A DNA stretch of 64,000 nt from Candidatus Bathyarchaeia archaeon (lineage in GTDB: Archaea; Thermoproteota; Bathyarchaeia; Bathyarchaeales; Bathycorpusculaceae), in assembly GCA_050010755.1 (NCBI GenBank), contig JBEKKK010000002.1, forward strand, positions 96,001 to 160,000. Reading direction: 5' to 3'. The notes under the pieces are model-generated. The model did not search any database. It was not told the origin of the DNA and saw only the letters and a list, made by a program, of their open reading frames with translations. Of the stretch, positions 48,152 through 58,760 are shown in pieces; within the stretch, counting starts at the first letter, position 1; each line of letters begins with the position of its first letter. The translations under genes and the position numbers were made by a program.

Positions 48152-49165
48152 GTGAGAGATTTGGAAGCTTGGAAAACTGTCTTGAAAGGAGACTCAACGG
48201 AGTGGCTGTTGGGTGAAGAAAATCCTTCCGTGCGTTACTTCACTTTGCGTGACGTTTTAGACAAGAGCGAGAACGATCCAAAGGTAAAGAAATCCAGAAA
48301 GGCGATAATGCAGATCGGCCCCGTTCCCAAGATTTTATCCAAACAGAAGAGCGATGGCTACTGGGGAGTTGCTGAAAATTTCTACCGTGGCAAATACAAG
48401 TCGACAGTTTGGCAGCTCATGGTTCTGGCAGAGCTTGGGGCGGATCCTGACCACGAGCGAGTGAAAAGTGCTTGCGAATTCATTCTCGAGCATTCCCAAG
48501 ATATTGAGAGTGGCGGTTTCAGCTACATGAGCGCTTCAACTGGCGGAGGAGCGCATGGCAAGGTGTTACCGTGTCTCACTGGAAATATGATTTGGAGTTT
48601 GATCAAACTCGGCTATTTGAAGGATGCAAGAGTTCAGAAAGGAATAGACTGGATAGTCAAGTATCAGAGGTTTGATGACGCAGTGAAAGAGGCGGCGAGT
48701 GGGTGGCCTTACGACGGACATGAAAGGTGCTGGGGCAGACACAGCTGTCATATGGGTGTGGTGAAGGCGTTGAAGGCGTTAGCAGAAGTCCCCGCCGATG
48801 AAAGATCCGAAGATCTGCAACGTGCTATTCGGAAGGGAACTGAATACTTCCTCCTGCATCACGTGTACAAGAGAAGCCATGACTTAACGCGTGTTTCTAA
48901 GCGAGAGTGGCTGCAATTTGGTTTTCCGCTGATGTGGAACACAGACGTCTTGGAGATAATGGGCATCTTGACGAAGCTGGGTTGCCGTGACGAACGCATG
49001 CAGGAAGCTGTGGATCTAGTGGTTTCAAAACAAGATCGCCTCGGCAGGTGGAAGCTCGAAAGAAGCTTCAACGGCCGCCTACAAGTAAACATTGAACAGA
49101 AGGGCAAGCCGAGTAAGTGGGTCACTCTGAACGCCCTAAAGGTTCTGAAGCAATTCTGCATCTAA
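48152..49165 (+). CDS. Prenyltransferase/squalene-cyclase-like alpha-barrel protein
   Basis: QW-like repeats (KQKSDGYW, YQRFDD, KQDRLGRW), PCLTGN, FGFP, PSKWVTLNAL. Confidence 0.75.
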   Translation: MRDLEAWKTVLKGDSTEWLLGEENPSVRYFTLRDVLDKSENDPKVKKSRKAIMQIGPVPKILSKQKSDGYWGVAENFYRGKYKSTVWQLMVLAELGADPDHERVKSACEFILEHSQDIESGGFSYMSASTGGGAHGKVLPCLTGNMIWSLIKLGYLKDARVQKGIDWIVKYQRFDDAVKEAASGWPYDGHERCWGRHSCHMGVVKALKALAEVPADERSEDLQRAIRKGTEYFLLHHVYKRSHDLTRVSKREWLQFGFPLMWNTDVLEIMGILTKLGCRDERMQEAVDLVVSKQDRLGRWKLERSFNGRLQVNIEQKGKPSKWVTLNALKVLKQFCI

Positions 49166-49372
49166 CCTAGGAAGCACTGAAATAGTACGAAGGCTGGTTC
49201 GACCATACAAACGCGTGCTCGACTTTTCTTTTGTTGATCAAGATGGAAATACAGACTTTCTGAAACCAAAGAATACAGCTTTTCTCGAACGGCGTCTAAG
49301 CAACCTGAATAGAGCGCGCGCGGCTATGGAAAATTAGCTTAGGTGCCATTCTTGGATAAGCATCCGTTTTCG

Positions 49373-49889
49373 TCAGGTTTTTGTGAAGCTGTATGTGTGT
49401 TTTCCCTTTTTCAAGAGTCGGAATAGACTCTGGCTTGTAATTTTGGAAGTTATTTCACCTTCGTTCAAATGGTGGTCGCTGAAAGATAGTATACCTTCAG
49501 GTTTCAGGATTCGGTGCAATTCTGTCAAGACTGAGTCTTGATCCTCTAGGTCGTGAAAGACATCGTAGAGCAGCACAACGTCTATGCTGTTGTCGTGCAG
49601 TCCAGTTTTGCAGTCAGAAAAATATAGTTTCTACGTTCTGAAGTTTCTTCTTTGCAGTAAGTCTCTTAACCATTTCAAGGGCGACGGGCATCACATCTAA
49701 AGCGTACAATCTGCCGTTTTCTCCTATCAGCTCGGAAACGGGAGCGATGTAGCCTCCAGGTCCACAGCCGTAGTCGAGCACCTTGAAACCTCCCTTAATC
49801 CCGACCTCTTTCATTACTTCCATGCGGGGTCTTAGCCTGTCTCGAATTCTGAATTCCAAAGCCATGAGTTTAAACCACAAGTCTGACAA
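49373..49889 (-). pseudogene. Class I SAM-dependent methyltransferase split by a frameshift
   Basis: VLDYGCGPG in the 5' ORF. Removing one T from the T5 run (A5 at 49618-49622) joins ETIF to SDCKTGLHDNSIDVVLLYDVFHD..RILKPEG. Confidence 0.85.
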
Positions 49890-50335
49890 TGCCTACTTCC
49901 CCCTCGTGCAGCATACTTGCCTAGGGCGTTCGTCATAATTTTCTGGGGCAATATTCAAGTTAGCATTGTTCATTTCGTTTTGCCTCTGAATCACAATAGG
50001 ATGGTCATCATAATTAGATATTCTGGATAGAAGTGACCAAAGAAATGGTCACAGCAAGCAAGTCAATAAAGGTTAGCAAGCGCACGATTATATCAGGGAA
50101 AGAACCAAACGCTGGTTGGAAAAACGGATTTTAGGAACGCGCACGGTTGTGATTTGAGTTTCAGTTTTCTGTTCTATGGCGACTGGGTTTTTTTCGCAAT
50201 ATGATCAATTACAGCAATGCGAGGACACGTACGGCACGTCTAAGTGTGCCCATCTGCATAGTCAACGTCCTTTTTGAGGTTTCGAGACGTAAGACTTTTG
50301 TTCTGAGATTATGAACAAGAGTGTGGGCGGTTAGA

Positions 50336-51388
50336 ATGTCTGAGACGAGACTGCTGAGAGATTTATCTAACGCTTTTGGGCCCTCGGGAAACGAGGAACA
50401 AGTCCGTGAAATTTTGAAGACAGAGCTGCAACCGTATGCCGACGACGTTAGGGTGGACAAGCTTGGAAACATTCTCTTTTTCCATAATGGACAGGAGAGT
50501 TCTCCCAAGATCATGTTGTCAGCGCACATGGACGAGGTTGGAGTCATGGTTACCTTCATAGAGAATGAAGGTTTTCTGCGTTTTCAGGCTCTCGGCGGTA
50601 TTCCCAACAACACTTTGCCAGGGCAGAGGATACTGTTTCGAGGAGAAGAAAAGGAGCTTAGAGGAATCGTGGGGACTAAGCCGCCGCACATCATGACGCC
50701 TGATGAACAGAACAAGGTTATTCCTGTCGAAGATCTCTTCATCGACATAGGGGCCGAAAGCATGGACGCTGCTAAGGCTAAAGGTGCCGACATAGGCATG
50801 ATGGGAGTTTTTGATGTGGAGTTCACCGAGTTGGGTGAAGGTTACGTCAGAGGCAAGGCCTTGGACGACAGGGCGGGTTGCGCCGTGCTTGTGGAAGCGT
50901 TTAAGGTCTTGAAGGATTCGTCCTGCAATTTTGTGGCTGTGGGCTCCGTGCAGGAAGAGCTAGGAATGAGAGGTGCACGCACTGCGGCATGGCAGGTAGA
51001 CCCCGATTACGGGCTAGCTTTGGAGGGAACGTTTGCAGCCGACGTGCCCGGCACGAGACCCGACAGAGCTTCGGCGAAGCTGAAGGGCGGGCCTGTGATT
51101 ACGATTATGGACAGGACGGTGTTCACCGATCCTGCCGTGCTCAAAACATTGACGAATGTTGGAAGGGAGAAGGGTATACCCTTCCAGTTCAAGAAGGTGC
51201 CTGTTGGAGGAACTGACGCAGGTGCAATCCATCTTACAAAGGCAGGCGTGCCAAGCGGAACTGTCGCGGTGCCCTGTAGATACATTCATGGGCCGGCGGC
51301 GATTGCACATGTCGACGACGTTAAAAACACCGTTTCTCTAGTAACAGAGTTCGTAAGAAGCATTTCAGCAAGGCAAAAAACAGGCTAG
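50336..51388 (+). CDS. M42 (TET) aminopeptidase
   Basis: AHMDE, KALDDR, QEE, GGTD, RYIH. Confidence 0.93.
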   Translation: MSETRLLRDLSNAFGPSGNEEQVREILKTELQPYADDVRVDKLGNILFFHNGQESSPKIMLSAHMDEVGVMVTFIENEGFLRFQALGGIPNNTLPGQRILFRGEEKELRGIVGTKPPHIMTPDEQNKVIPVEDLFIDIGAESMDAAKAKGADIGMMGVFDVEFTELGEGYVRGKALDDRAGCAVLVEAFKVLKDSSCNFVAVGSVQEELGMRGARTAAWQVDPDYGLALEGTFAADVPGTRPDRASAKLKGGPVITIMDRTVFTDPAVLKTLTNVGREKGIPFQFKKVPVGGTDAGAIHLTKAGVPSGTVAVPCRYIHGPAAIAHVDDVKNTVSLVTEFVRSISARQKTG

Positions 51389-51435
51389 CGCTCAAGGGGC
51401 TTGCGCAAATCCTTGATTTCCCTGCTCTTGCATGC

Positions 51436-52854
51436 TTAACGGTTGGCCGGTTTCTTCATCAGGTATTCATGCATTGCTTTTGCGGCTTTTTTGCCTGCGC
51501 CCATCGCGCTTATGACTGTGGCTTCGCCTGTCACTATGTCGCCTCCTGCGTAGACGCCGTCGATGTTGGTTTTGCCGTTTTCGTCTGCCACTATGGTGCC
51601 CCATTTTGTGACGGCTAGTCCTTGTGTTGTGCTTTGTATTATCGGGTTGGGTGTTCTTCCAATGGCGACTATGACCGTGTCAACATCCATAACAAACTCG
51701 GAACTCTTGGCTGGAACGGGTCTTCTTCTGCCTGACTCGTCTGGTGGTCCGAGGTCCATGCATATGCATTCCATGGCTTTTACCCAGCCCTTGTCATCGC
51801 CGATGAACTTGGTTGGGTTAGCTAGGAACTTGCATGTTATTCCCTCTTCCTCTGCATTTTCCACTTCTTCGCGTCTCGCCGGCAATTCTTCTCTAGAACG
51901 GCGGTAGACGATGCAGACTTCTTCGGCGCCCAAGCGCAGTGCGGAACGGGCTGAATCCATTGCAACGTTGCCCCCGCCAATGACGGCCACCTTCCTGCCG
52001 ATTCTAATCGGCGTGTCACACTCTGGAAAGGTGTAGGCTTTCATCAGGTTGACTCGTATCAGAAATTCGTTTGCAGAGTAGATGCCTCCAAGGTTTTCCC
52101 CTGGAACTCCTAGAAACTGGGGCAAACCTGCCCCGGTTCCGATGAAAACTGCGTCGAAGCCTCTCTTGAGCAGTTCAGGAATGGTGAATGTTCTTCCGAT
52201 GATGCAGCTTGCGCGGATCTCCACGCCGAGTTTCTTGACATAGTCCGCTTCGGCCTCAACGATCGTCTTGGGCAAGCGGAACTCGGGTATTCCATACATG
52301 AGCACTCCACCCGGACGATGCAACGCTTCAAAAATAACAACCTCATGCCCCAGTTTCACCAAGTCTGCAGCCGCGGTGAGACCAGCGGGACCGGCGCCTA
52401 TGATTGCAACGCGCTTGCCAGTGGCTGGAGCCTTTTCCGAGCATGCGATTCCCGTCTTTCTTTCCCAATCGGCGAGGAACCTCTCTAGGCGGCCTATGCT
52501 GACAGCGTCGCCTGCCTTGCCGAGCAAGCATACGTTTTGACACTGTTCCTCCTGCGGGCAGACACGGCCGCAGATGGCAGGAAGACAGTTCTTGTCCTTG
52601 ATCTTCTTTATTGCGGCGCCATAGTCTTTTTCTCTCATCGATTTGATGAACGCTGGAATGTTAACCTCAACTGGGCAACCCTGCACACACTGAGGTTTCG
52701 GGCACTGTAGGCAGCGGCCCGCTTCTGCTAGGGCCTGTTCCTCGTTGTAGCCGAGGGCAACTTCGTTGAAGTTTCTTCTGCGGGCTTCAGGTGCCTGTTT
52801 TGGAATCTGGACAGCTTGCTTCTGAAGCTTGGGTTTTGCCTTGGGCTCACTCAT
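51436..52854 (-). CDS. nfnB: NfnB/SudA (GltD-like) large subunit of NADH-dependent ferredoxin:NADP+ oxidoreductase
   Basis: RCLQC..CVQGCP, CGRVCPQEEQC, GAGPAG, GGGNVAMD; adjacent to nfnA. Confidence 0.9.
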   Translation of the reverse strand: MSEPKAKPKLQKQAVQIPKQAPEARRRNFNEVALGYNEEQALAEAGRCLQCPKPQCVQGCPVEVNIPAFIKSMREKDYGAAIKKIKDKNCLPAICGRVCPQEEQCQNVCLLGKAGDAVSIGRLERFLADWERKTGIACSEKAPATGKRVAIIGAGPAGLTAAADLVKLGHEVVIFEALHRPGGVLMYGIPEFRLPKTIVEAEADYVKKLGVEIRASCIIGRTFTIPELLKRGFDAVFIGTGAGLPQFLGVPGENLGGIYSANEFLIRVNLMKAYTFPECDTPIRIGRKVAVIGGGNVAMDSARSALRLGAEEVCIVYRRSREELPARREEVENAEEEGITCKFLANPTKFIGDDKGWVKAMECICMDLGPPDESGRRRPVPAKSSEFVMDVDTVIVAIGRTPNPIIQSTTQGLAVTKWGTIVADENGKTNIDGVYAGGDIVTGEATVISAMGAGKKAAKAMHEYLMKKPANR

Positions 52855-53689
52855 GGTGGGCGCACCTCTTTTCTTGCAGCCGTTGTAACGCTGCTTTTTC
52901 CTCTGACATGTAGGCCGTTTGTCTCTTCAACAATTCTCCGAAATTCACCATGTGAGCGTCAAACTCGGGGCCGTCCACGCATGCAAACCTTGTTCTATCG
53001 CCCACGCTTACTCTGCACGCGCCGCACATGCCCATGCCGTCGACCATTATAGGGTTCAAACTCACGATGGTTTTGATGACGTATGGCCTCGTCGTTTCTG
53101 CGACAGCCCGCATCATAACGGTAGGGCCTATCGCGTAAACAACGTCAAAATGGTAGCCCTTCTCAATCAGCATCTTCAAGACATCGCTGACGAACCCCTT
53201 GTGCCCCTTCGATCCGTCATCGGTCGAGATGTGAAGCTCGTCAGAAACTCTTTTCATGTCATCCTCGAGTATGAGTAACCCTGCTGTCTTTGCCCCCACT
53301 ATCGACACAACCTTGTTGCCAGCCTGCTTGAAGCCTCTGGCAATCGGAAACGCAGAGGCAGTGCCCACTCCTCCGCCTATGACACACACGGATCCGAACC
53401 TCTCTATGTCACTGGGATTCCCCAGGGGACCCAGAACATCAAAAATCACGTCCCTAACGTTGAGCGCACCTAGTTTTTCGGTTGAGACTCCAATCTCAAG
53501 AAAGATCAGAGTGATAGTACCTTTCTTCTTGTCCCAGTCCACGATCGTTAAGGGAAATCGCTCGCCATTCTCGTCGATTCTCAGAATGACGAACTGGCCT
53601 GGCTGAGCTTTTTGAGCTATCTCGGGCGCTTCGACTTCAATCGATTTGATTTTCGGGGCTAACTCTTTCTTTGAAACGATTTGATGCAT
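52847..53689 (-). CDS. nfnA: NfnA/SudB small subunit
   Basis: PGQFVI, ERFPLTI, GGGVG, TDDGS, MVDGMGMCGACR..CVDGPEFD. Confidence 0.92.
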   Translation of the reverse strand: MHQIVSKKELAPKIKSIEVEAPEIAQKAQPGQFVILRIDENGERFPLTIVDWDKKKGTITLIFLEIGVSTEKLGALNVRDVIFDVLGPLGNPSDIERFGSVCVIGGGVGTASAFPIARGFKQAGNKVVSIVGAKTAGLLILEDDMKRVSDELHISTDDGSKGHKGFVSDVLKMLIEKGYHFDVVYAIGPTVMMRAVAETTRPYVIKTIVSLNPIMVDGMGMCGACRVSVGDRTRFACVDGPEFDAHMVNFGELLKRQTAYMSEEKAALQRLQEKRCAHHE

Positions 53690-53817
53690 GTCCGAGTAAA
53701 CCCTCTGACAGTCTTGTACGAAGAAGAATCCTAAAAGTATACATGCAAATATAAGAGTTTAGGGACAAGAAACCAAAACATTCCTTTCTCAAAGTGGACA
53801 CATGCGTATTTGGCATC

Positions 53818-54753
53818 TCATTTCTCGTGATAATACGGTCTTCTAATAAAGCCGTAGGCCTCCAGTGCAGCCGTTATGCCCTGCCCAACTGCCGTTCCCA
53901 CCTGTTTGATAGGATGGTTTGTCACGTCTCCGGCAGCAAAGACGCCTTCCAAATTCGTGTGTTGCAGGGCGTCCGTTATGATGTAGCCGTCTTGATCTAA
54001 CGTCACGCCCGCGTCCTTGACTATTTTGCTGTTAGGGTCTTCGCCCACTTGAATGAAAACTCCGTTAACGGGCAATTCTCTGGTTTCGCCGGTTTTTTTG
54101 TCGATTAGCTCGACTTCTTTGACGACTTTGTCGCCACGTATCTCCTTTATTTCTGTGTTCCAAAGAATCTCAACGTTCTTCGTGTTCTTCAGACCTTGGG
54201 TAAGGGCTTCTTCGCAGCGGAAGGCTTCTCTCCTGTGAACAATCTTGGTGTCAGCCGCTATGCCCGCCAAGTAAAGAGTTGTCATCGCCGCTGAGTTTCC
54301 ACCGCCCACCACGAGAACGTTTTTTCCTCGGAAGAAAGGTCCGTCGCAGATTCCGCAATAGCTAACCCCTTTTCCCCGAAATTCATTCTCACCGGGAACG
54401 CCCAGCTGGCGATAATGGCTGCCAGTGGCAACCAAGACTGCTTTGGTCTCATAGACTGCCTTCAGAGTTTGAACACGCTTCTTCTCACTCCTAAGATCAA
54501 GGCTAACGACCGCTTCGAGCTCATTCAGAGTAACTCCCACACTTTTGGCATGAGCAACCATCTTCTGCGCGAGCTCGATTCCAGTAACGCTTTGAAAGCC
54601 CGGGTAATTCTCAACCATGGGCGCGTCTGCTTCCGTGCCTCCAGCCAACTTTTCTTCCAGAACAACTGTCTTGAGGCCGCTTCTCACACTGTAAATTCCA
54701 GCCGACAACCCAGCGGCACCAGCACCAATGATGACAAGCTCCAAATCATCCAT
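53818..54753 (-). CDS. trxB: Thioredoxin reductase
   Basis: GAGAAG, VENYPG, GVSYCGICDG, GGGNSA, HRR, FAAGD. Confidence 0.92.
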   Translation of the reverse strand: MDDLELVIIGAGAAGLSAGIYSVRSGLKTVVLEEKLAGGTEADAPMVENYPGFQSVTGIELAQKMVAHAKSVGVTLNELEAVVSLDLRSEKKRVQTLKAVYETKAVLVATGSHYRQLGVPGENEFRGKGVSYCGICDGPFFRGKNVLVVGGGNSAAMTTLYLAGIAADTKIVHRREAFRCEEALTQGLKNTKNVEILWNTEIKEIRGDKVVKEVELIDKKTGETRELPVNGVFIQVGEDPNSKIVKDAGVTLDQDGYIITDALQHTNLEGVFAAGDVTNHPIKQVGTAVGQGITAALEAYGFIRRPYYHEK

Positions 54754-54914
54754 CTTGAATGTCCTCGCTGATTCATATTGAGGAGGGCACATATCAATTA
54801 TTCTCTTGCCCGTGCAAACGAAAACCAACACTAGAACGTACGCTCAAGGCGGCGTTGCGGTCCTGTGTTTGAACTCTGGAATGCTAAATCATGGAGCGAT
54901 GCATGTTGGGTATG

Positions 54915-55367
54915 TTAGTAATTGATTTCGGGTTTTTCTTTTTCTTCGCATTTTGCAAGCAACATCAGTATCTCGTCTATGATGTGCTTGTCTTTCACGG
55001 AGACCGCAAGTGTTCTTGCTTCTTCAAGTTTATTCTGGGCGGTCTTCCAGAGTTCCGCGTACATGTTCCATTTTGCAGATTCAACCAAAGACTCAACCTT
55101 GTGAGGTCTGCGTCGCCGCTCATCTTCCCCTATCACTACGTGAATCATAGTATTTCCCACCCTAGTCTTCCCAGTGGCCGTATTCCACCACGAAATCATC
55201 AACCTCCTACCGAATATAACGTTTCTGTAAGATCCATCTAGAACAAAGTTCCAATCCCTCGTCCGCCAGTCAGAATGGAATGCATGTATTTCTAGATTCG
55301 GTTCTAGTTGTAATACGGTGTGGATGTACATTTCGATTTTCTGTTCATGGATAGGATGGGGGCTCAA
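54915..55367 (-). CDS. Hypothetical protein
   Basis: 150-aa ORF with a GGAGGGG SD; helical C-terminus. Confidence 0.5.
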   Translation of the reverse strand: MSPHPIHEQKIEMYIHTVLQLEPNLEIHAFHSDWRTRDWNFVLDGSYRNVIFGRRLMISWWNTATGKTRVGNTMIHVVIGEDERRRRPHKVESLVESAKWNMYAELWKTAQNKLEEARTLAVSVKDKHIIDEILMLLAKCEEKEKPEINY

Positions 55368-55563
55368 GTGTGCGCTGACAGCCCCTCCCCCGGGTCTATG
55401 ATATGATCCAAATATGAACCGCTAGAACAACGATAATCTAAGCGTCAATTAACAGTTGATTAAAAGTGCAGAGCGGAGAACGCCCGACTTGGCTCTCTCT
55501 TGTTTTCTCATAGGTCACGATTTCAATTGAAGATTTAAGTATAAGTTTGGGAGACAATTTATT

Positions 55564-56853
55564 ATGAAAGGGAAACTTGTTTTTGTGCTTTGTTTGCTTT
55601 TGTTGCTGTCTTGTTTGTGTTTTGCGAGGTTTGCCCAGCCTGAGGCGAAAGCATCCAGTAGCTTACCAGTTCATAACCTTAACACAGGGTTGAACTACTC
55701 GACAATTCAAGAAGCGATAGATGCAAACGAAACGTTGAACGGACAAACGATACTTGTTGATGCTGGCGAATACAACGAAACCGTAGTCATAGACAAGTCC
55801 ATACAATTAATAGGAGAAAATAGTAGTAATACTGTCATTAACGCCACATATGACACCCCGCCCATTCCCTCTTCCGTTAACCTACTCGATGCTCTCGTAA
55901 ACATAACGGCTAGTAACGCAGAAATATCTGGATTCAATCTAGCATGGGGCTGGTATTTCGTTGGAATCTCTGCAAGCACCTGCTCTAACATCACCATCAC
56001 AGACAACAAGATAACCCAAGCTGGGCAAGCCATCAGTTTGACAAACGTCACCCAAAGCACCATAGCTGGAAACGTGTTAATCGGAATGGGTCTTGAAGGA
56101 AATAACCTCTTTACACTCGGTTCTTGCTCTGAATGCATCATCGATGGAAACACGATTGAAGGTTCAACCTACCAGGGGATGACCTTGTACTCGTCTAACG
56201 ACAATGCAATTTATGATAACCTGATAGCTTACAACACATATGGGATACAATTTGGCGGTTCAGATAATGGAAACACAATATACCACAACAATTTTGAAGG
56301 AAACTATTTTCAAGTATTTCCAAACATCACTGGAGGAACTAACGGCAATTACTTCAATGAAAGTTCTGAGGGAAATTACTGGAGCGACTACATTGGCAAA
56401 GACATTGACCAAGACGGGATTGGCGACACGCCTTATTGGAAACTCGATTATTATCCACTTATGGGACCGTTTGAAGAGTTCTCTGCATCAAACTGCGACG
56501 TAAAGACAATCAGCAATTCCACAATATCTGATTTCCAGTTCAACGGTACTGCTGTGCTCTTCAATGTCAGTGGCGAGAACGGCACAACGGGCTTTTGCAG
56601 AATAAGCATTCCAACACCCCTAATCAACGGAACCTTAGCAGTTTCGGTCAATGGAACAAAGGTGCCCTACGCCCTTCTACCAGAGTCTAATAGCACGCAA
56701 AGCATTCTTTACTTCACCTATCACCATTCAACACAACAGGTTGTCGTAGCCCCAGAGTTTCCATCGATTCCAGCCACGATGCTTTTCATGTTATTAACAC
56801 TATTTGCAGTCGTAATCACCAAAAAGAAAGCAATGCGGTACAGAATCCACTAG
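55564..56853 (+). CDS. Secreted NosD/CASH parallel beta-helix protein with a PEF-CTERM anchor
   Basis: Signal peptide; YSTIQEAID, GNYWSDY, DGIGDTPY, DYYPL; APEFPS + TM + KKK. Confidence 0.88.
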   Translation: MKGKLVFVLCLLLLLSCLCFARFAQPEAKASSSLPVHNLNTGLNYSTIQEAIDANETLNGQTILVDAGEYNETVVIDKSIQLIGENSSNTVINATYDTPPIPSSVNLLDALVNITASNAEISGFNLAWGWYFVGISASTCSNITITDNKITQAGQAISLTNVTQSTIAGNVLIGMGLEGNNLFTLGSCSECIIDGNTIEGSTYQGMTLYSSNDNAIYDNLIAYNTYGIQFGGSDNGNTIYHNNFEGNYFQVFPNITGGTNGNYFNESSEGNYWSDYIGKDIDQDGIGDTPYWKLDYYPLMGPFEEFSASNCDVKTISNSTISDFQFNGTAVLFNVSGENGTTGFCRISIPTPLINGTLAVSVNGTKVPYALLPESNSTQSILYFTYHHSTQQVVVAPEFPSIPATMLFMLLTLFAVVITKKKAMRYRIH

Positions 56854-56978
56854 TCAAGCTGAAAGAGGCACAAAACAGACCGCTTTATCTAACGGCGAAC
56901 ACTCGTTCTTTCAGCCATACTTATTGTCATCTGATTGTTTCGATGTCAAGACTTTGGTCATTTTTTCCATTGGTATTT

Positions 56979-57752
56979 CTAACTAATGACTTTCCTGAAC
57001 TGGTATAGTGTTGCGCTTAAAGTCACAACTGCTACGAGTCCGATTACTCCCCATGCGGGCAGTATTGTGCGCCAATCATAACCGTTGATCATTAGAGCTC
57101 GGCTGGCGTTAACGGCGTAGCTTACAGGATTAAACATCGAAACGTCTGACACCCATGTGGGTAGGAAACTGATTGGGAACAGTGCTGGGCTTAGGAAAAG
57201 CAATGGGAAAGTGATGACGCCGCCTATGGCGAATACGGTCTCAGAGCTTCTGGTCTTCATCCCTAATGCTAGAGAAATTCCCGACCAGGCGAGCCCAAAA
57301 AATGCAAGCGTGAAGAAGATGAGCAGAATTCCGATGACTCCGGTGGTGACGTGGGCGCCCAAAGCATATGCCAAGCCAAGGATTATAGCGGTCTGGACAA
57401 CTACCCTAAAGGCGTCACTGCTCAACCTGCCTAGAAGAATCGCAGGACGGCTCACTGGCGTCACGAGCATTTTCGCCAAAAACCCACTGTCTATGTCCGC
57501 CACTATCGAATTTCCTGACTGTAGCGCGCTTCCAAACGCGTTTTGCATCAGAATCCCAGCTGCTGCAAACTGAAGATAACTTACCCCTGCCGGTAATATG
57601 CCTGGAAAATTGCCGAGCTTTGTTAGTAACTGTGTGAATAGTAGGAGGAATAGGAGGGGTTGGAAGAGAGAAAAGAAGAGTAAGATGGGAGTTCGAATGA
57701 GTTTTCTCATGTAACGAACGAATATGTAACGTGTGTCAGAGAACAGCGTCAT
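56979..57752 (-). CDS. ABC-2 exporter permease
   Basis: DIDSGFLAKMLVTPVSR, FPLLFLS, NPVSY. Confidence 0.92.
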   Translation of the reverse strand: MTLFSDTRYIFVRYMRKLIRTPILLFFSLFQPLLFLLLFTQLLTKLGNFPGILPAGVSYLQFAAAGILMQNAFGSALQSGNSIVADIDSGFLAKMLVTPVSRPAILLGRLSSDAFRVVVQTAIILGLAYALGAHVTTGVIGILLIFFTLAFFGLAWSGISLALGMKTRSSETVFAIGGVITFPLLFLSPALFPISFLPTWVSDVSMFNPVSYAVNASRALMINGYDWRTILPAWGVIGLVAVVTLSATLYQFRKVIS

Positions 57753-57758
57753 TTTCGT

Positions 57759-58760
57759 TTATCTCCTTCCAAACCTTCCAATCATGGCGCTTGGAGCCTT
57801 GACGAGATCTTCGGCTCTTATTCGCCTGCCAGTGTGTTTCATAAAAACATCGTCCAGAGAAGGCGAGGAAAACGTCACTGACAGAAGTCGAATGTCACCT
57901 CTGTCTAATGCACGCACAATATCTGCTATCAGGAGGCCAGCGTTTTTGGCGTAAACTGTGAAACATTCCTCCGATTCAACTATTTCGTTCACGCCCTTAA
58001 TGCTCATGATGATCTCCTTTGCTTTAGGGCCGAATTTTTTGCAGTCCTCAAGTGAAATTCTGATTGAGTCTGCGCCAATTTGATGTTTCAGTTCTGTAGG
58101 AGAACCGCTGGCAACTATTTTTCCAAAATCGATAATTGAAAGTCGTTTGCACAGCTTGTCGGCTTCTTCAAGGTACTGGGTAGTTAAGAAAATGGTTATC
58201 CCTTCTTCCTTGTTCAATTTCTCTAAATAGCTCCAAATTGTCGCTCGTGATTGAGGGTCCAAACCGGTTGTCGGTTCGTCCAAGAACAGTAGCTTAGGTT
58301 TATGGATCAAGGCTGTCGCAAGGTCGAGCCGTTTTTTCATGCCTCCGGAATAGTTTCTTCCACGGCGATCAGCGGCGGACTCAAGTCCCACTAGTTCTAT
58401 AAGTTCCTTGACTCTTGGCTTGATTTCACTGGTTTTCATCTGGTGAAAGTGGCCTTGCAATTCAATGTTCTCCTTGCCTGTGAGATCACCGTCTACAGTG
58501 GTTTCTTGACTTTGAACACCGATAATCTTACGGATAGCTGCAGCATCTTTGTCCACGTCAAAACCTGCGACCGTGGCTTTTCCTGAGGTTTTTCTAAGAA
58601 GCGTCGTCAATACTTTGATGGTAGTACTTTTTCCAGCGCCATTGGGGCCGAGAAAGCCGAAAAAATCTCCTTCTTGAACGTCAAAAGAAATGTCATCCAC
58701 TGCTTTCGTTCCGTCTGAGTAGATTAGAACAAGATCTTTAACATCAATAATTCCAGGCAT
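57759..58760 (-). CDS. ABC-2 exporter ATP-binding subunit (DrrA-like)
   Basis: GPNGAGKST, YSGGMKKRLD, LFLDEPT, TTQY. Confidence 0.95.
   Translation of the reverse strand: MPGIIDVKDLVLIYSDGTKAVDDISFDVQEGDFFGFLGPNGAGKSTTIKVLTTLLRKTSGKATVAGFDVDKDAAAIRKIIGVQSQETTVDGDLTGKENIELQGHFHQMKTSEIKPRVKELIELVGLESAADRRGRNYSGGMKKRLDLATALIHKPKLLFLDEPTTGLDPQSRATIWSYLEKLNKEEGITIFLTTQYLEEADKLCKRLSIIDFGKIVASGSPTELKHQIGADSIRISLEDCKKFGPKAKEIIMSIKGVNEIVESEECFTVYAKNAGLLIADIVRALDRGDIRLLSVTFSSPSLDDVFMKHTGRRIRAEDLVKAPSAMIGRFGRR

Noticed and set aside
48152-49165. Nitrogenase NifH label often attached to this family
   Set aside because: No P-loop or NifH cysteine motifs; it looks like a prenyltransferase-like alpha-barrel.
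51436-52854. Glutamate synthase small subunit for the 15.8-21.3 kb operon
   Set aside because: It overlaps nfnA/sudB, which identifies it as NfnB/SudA.
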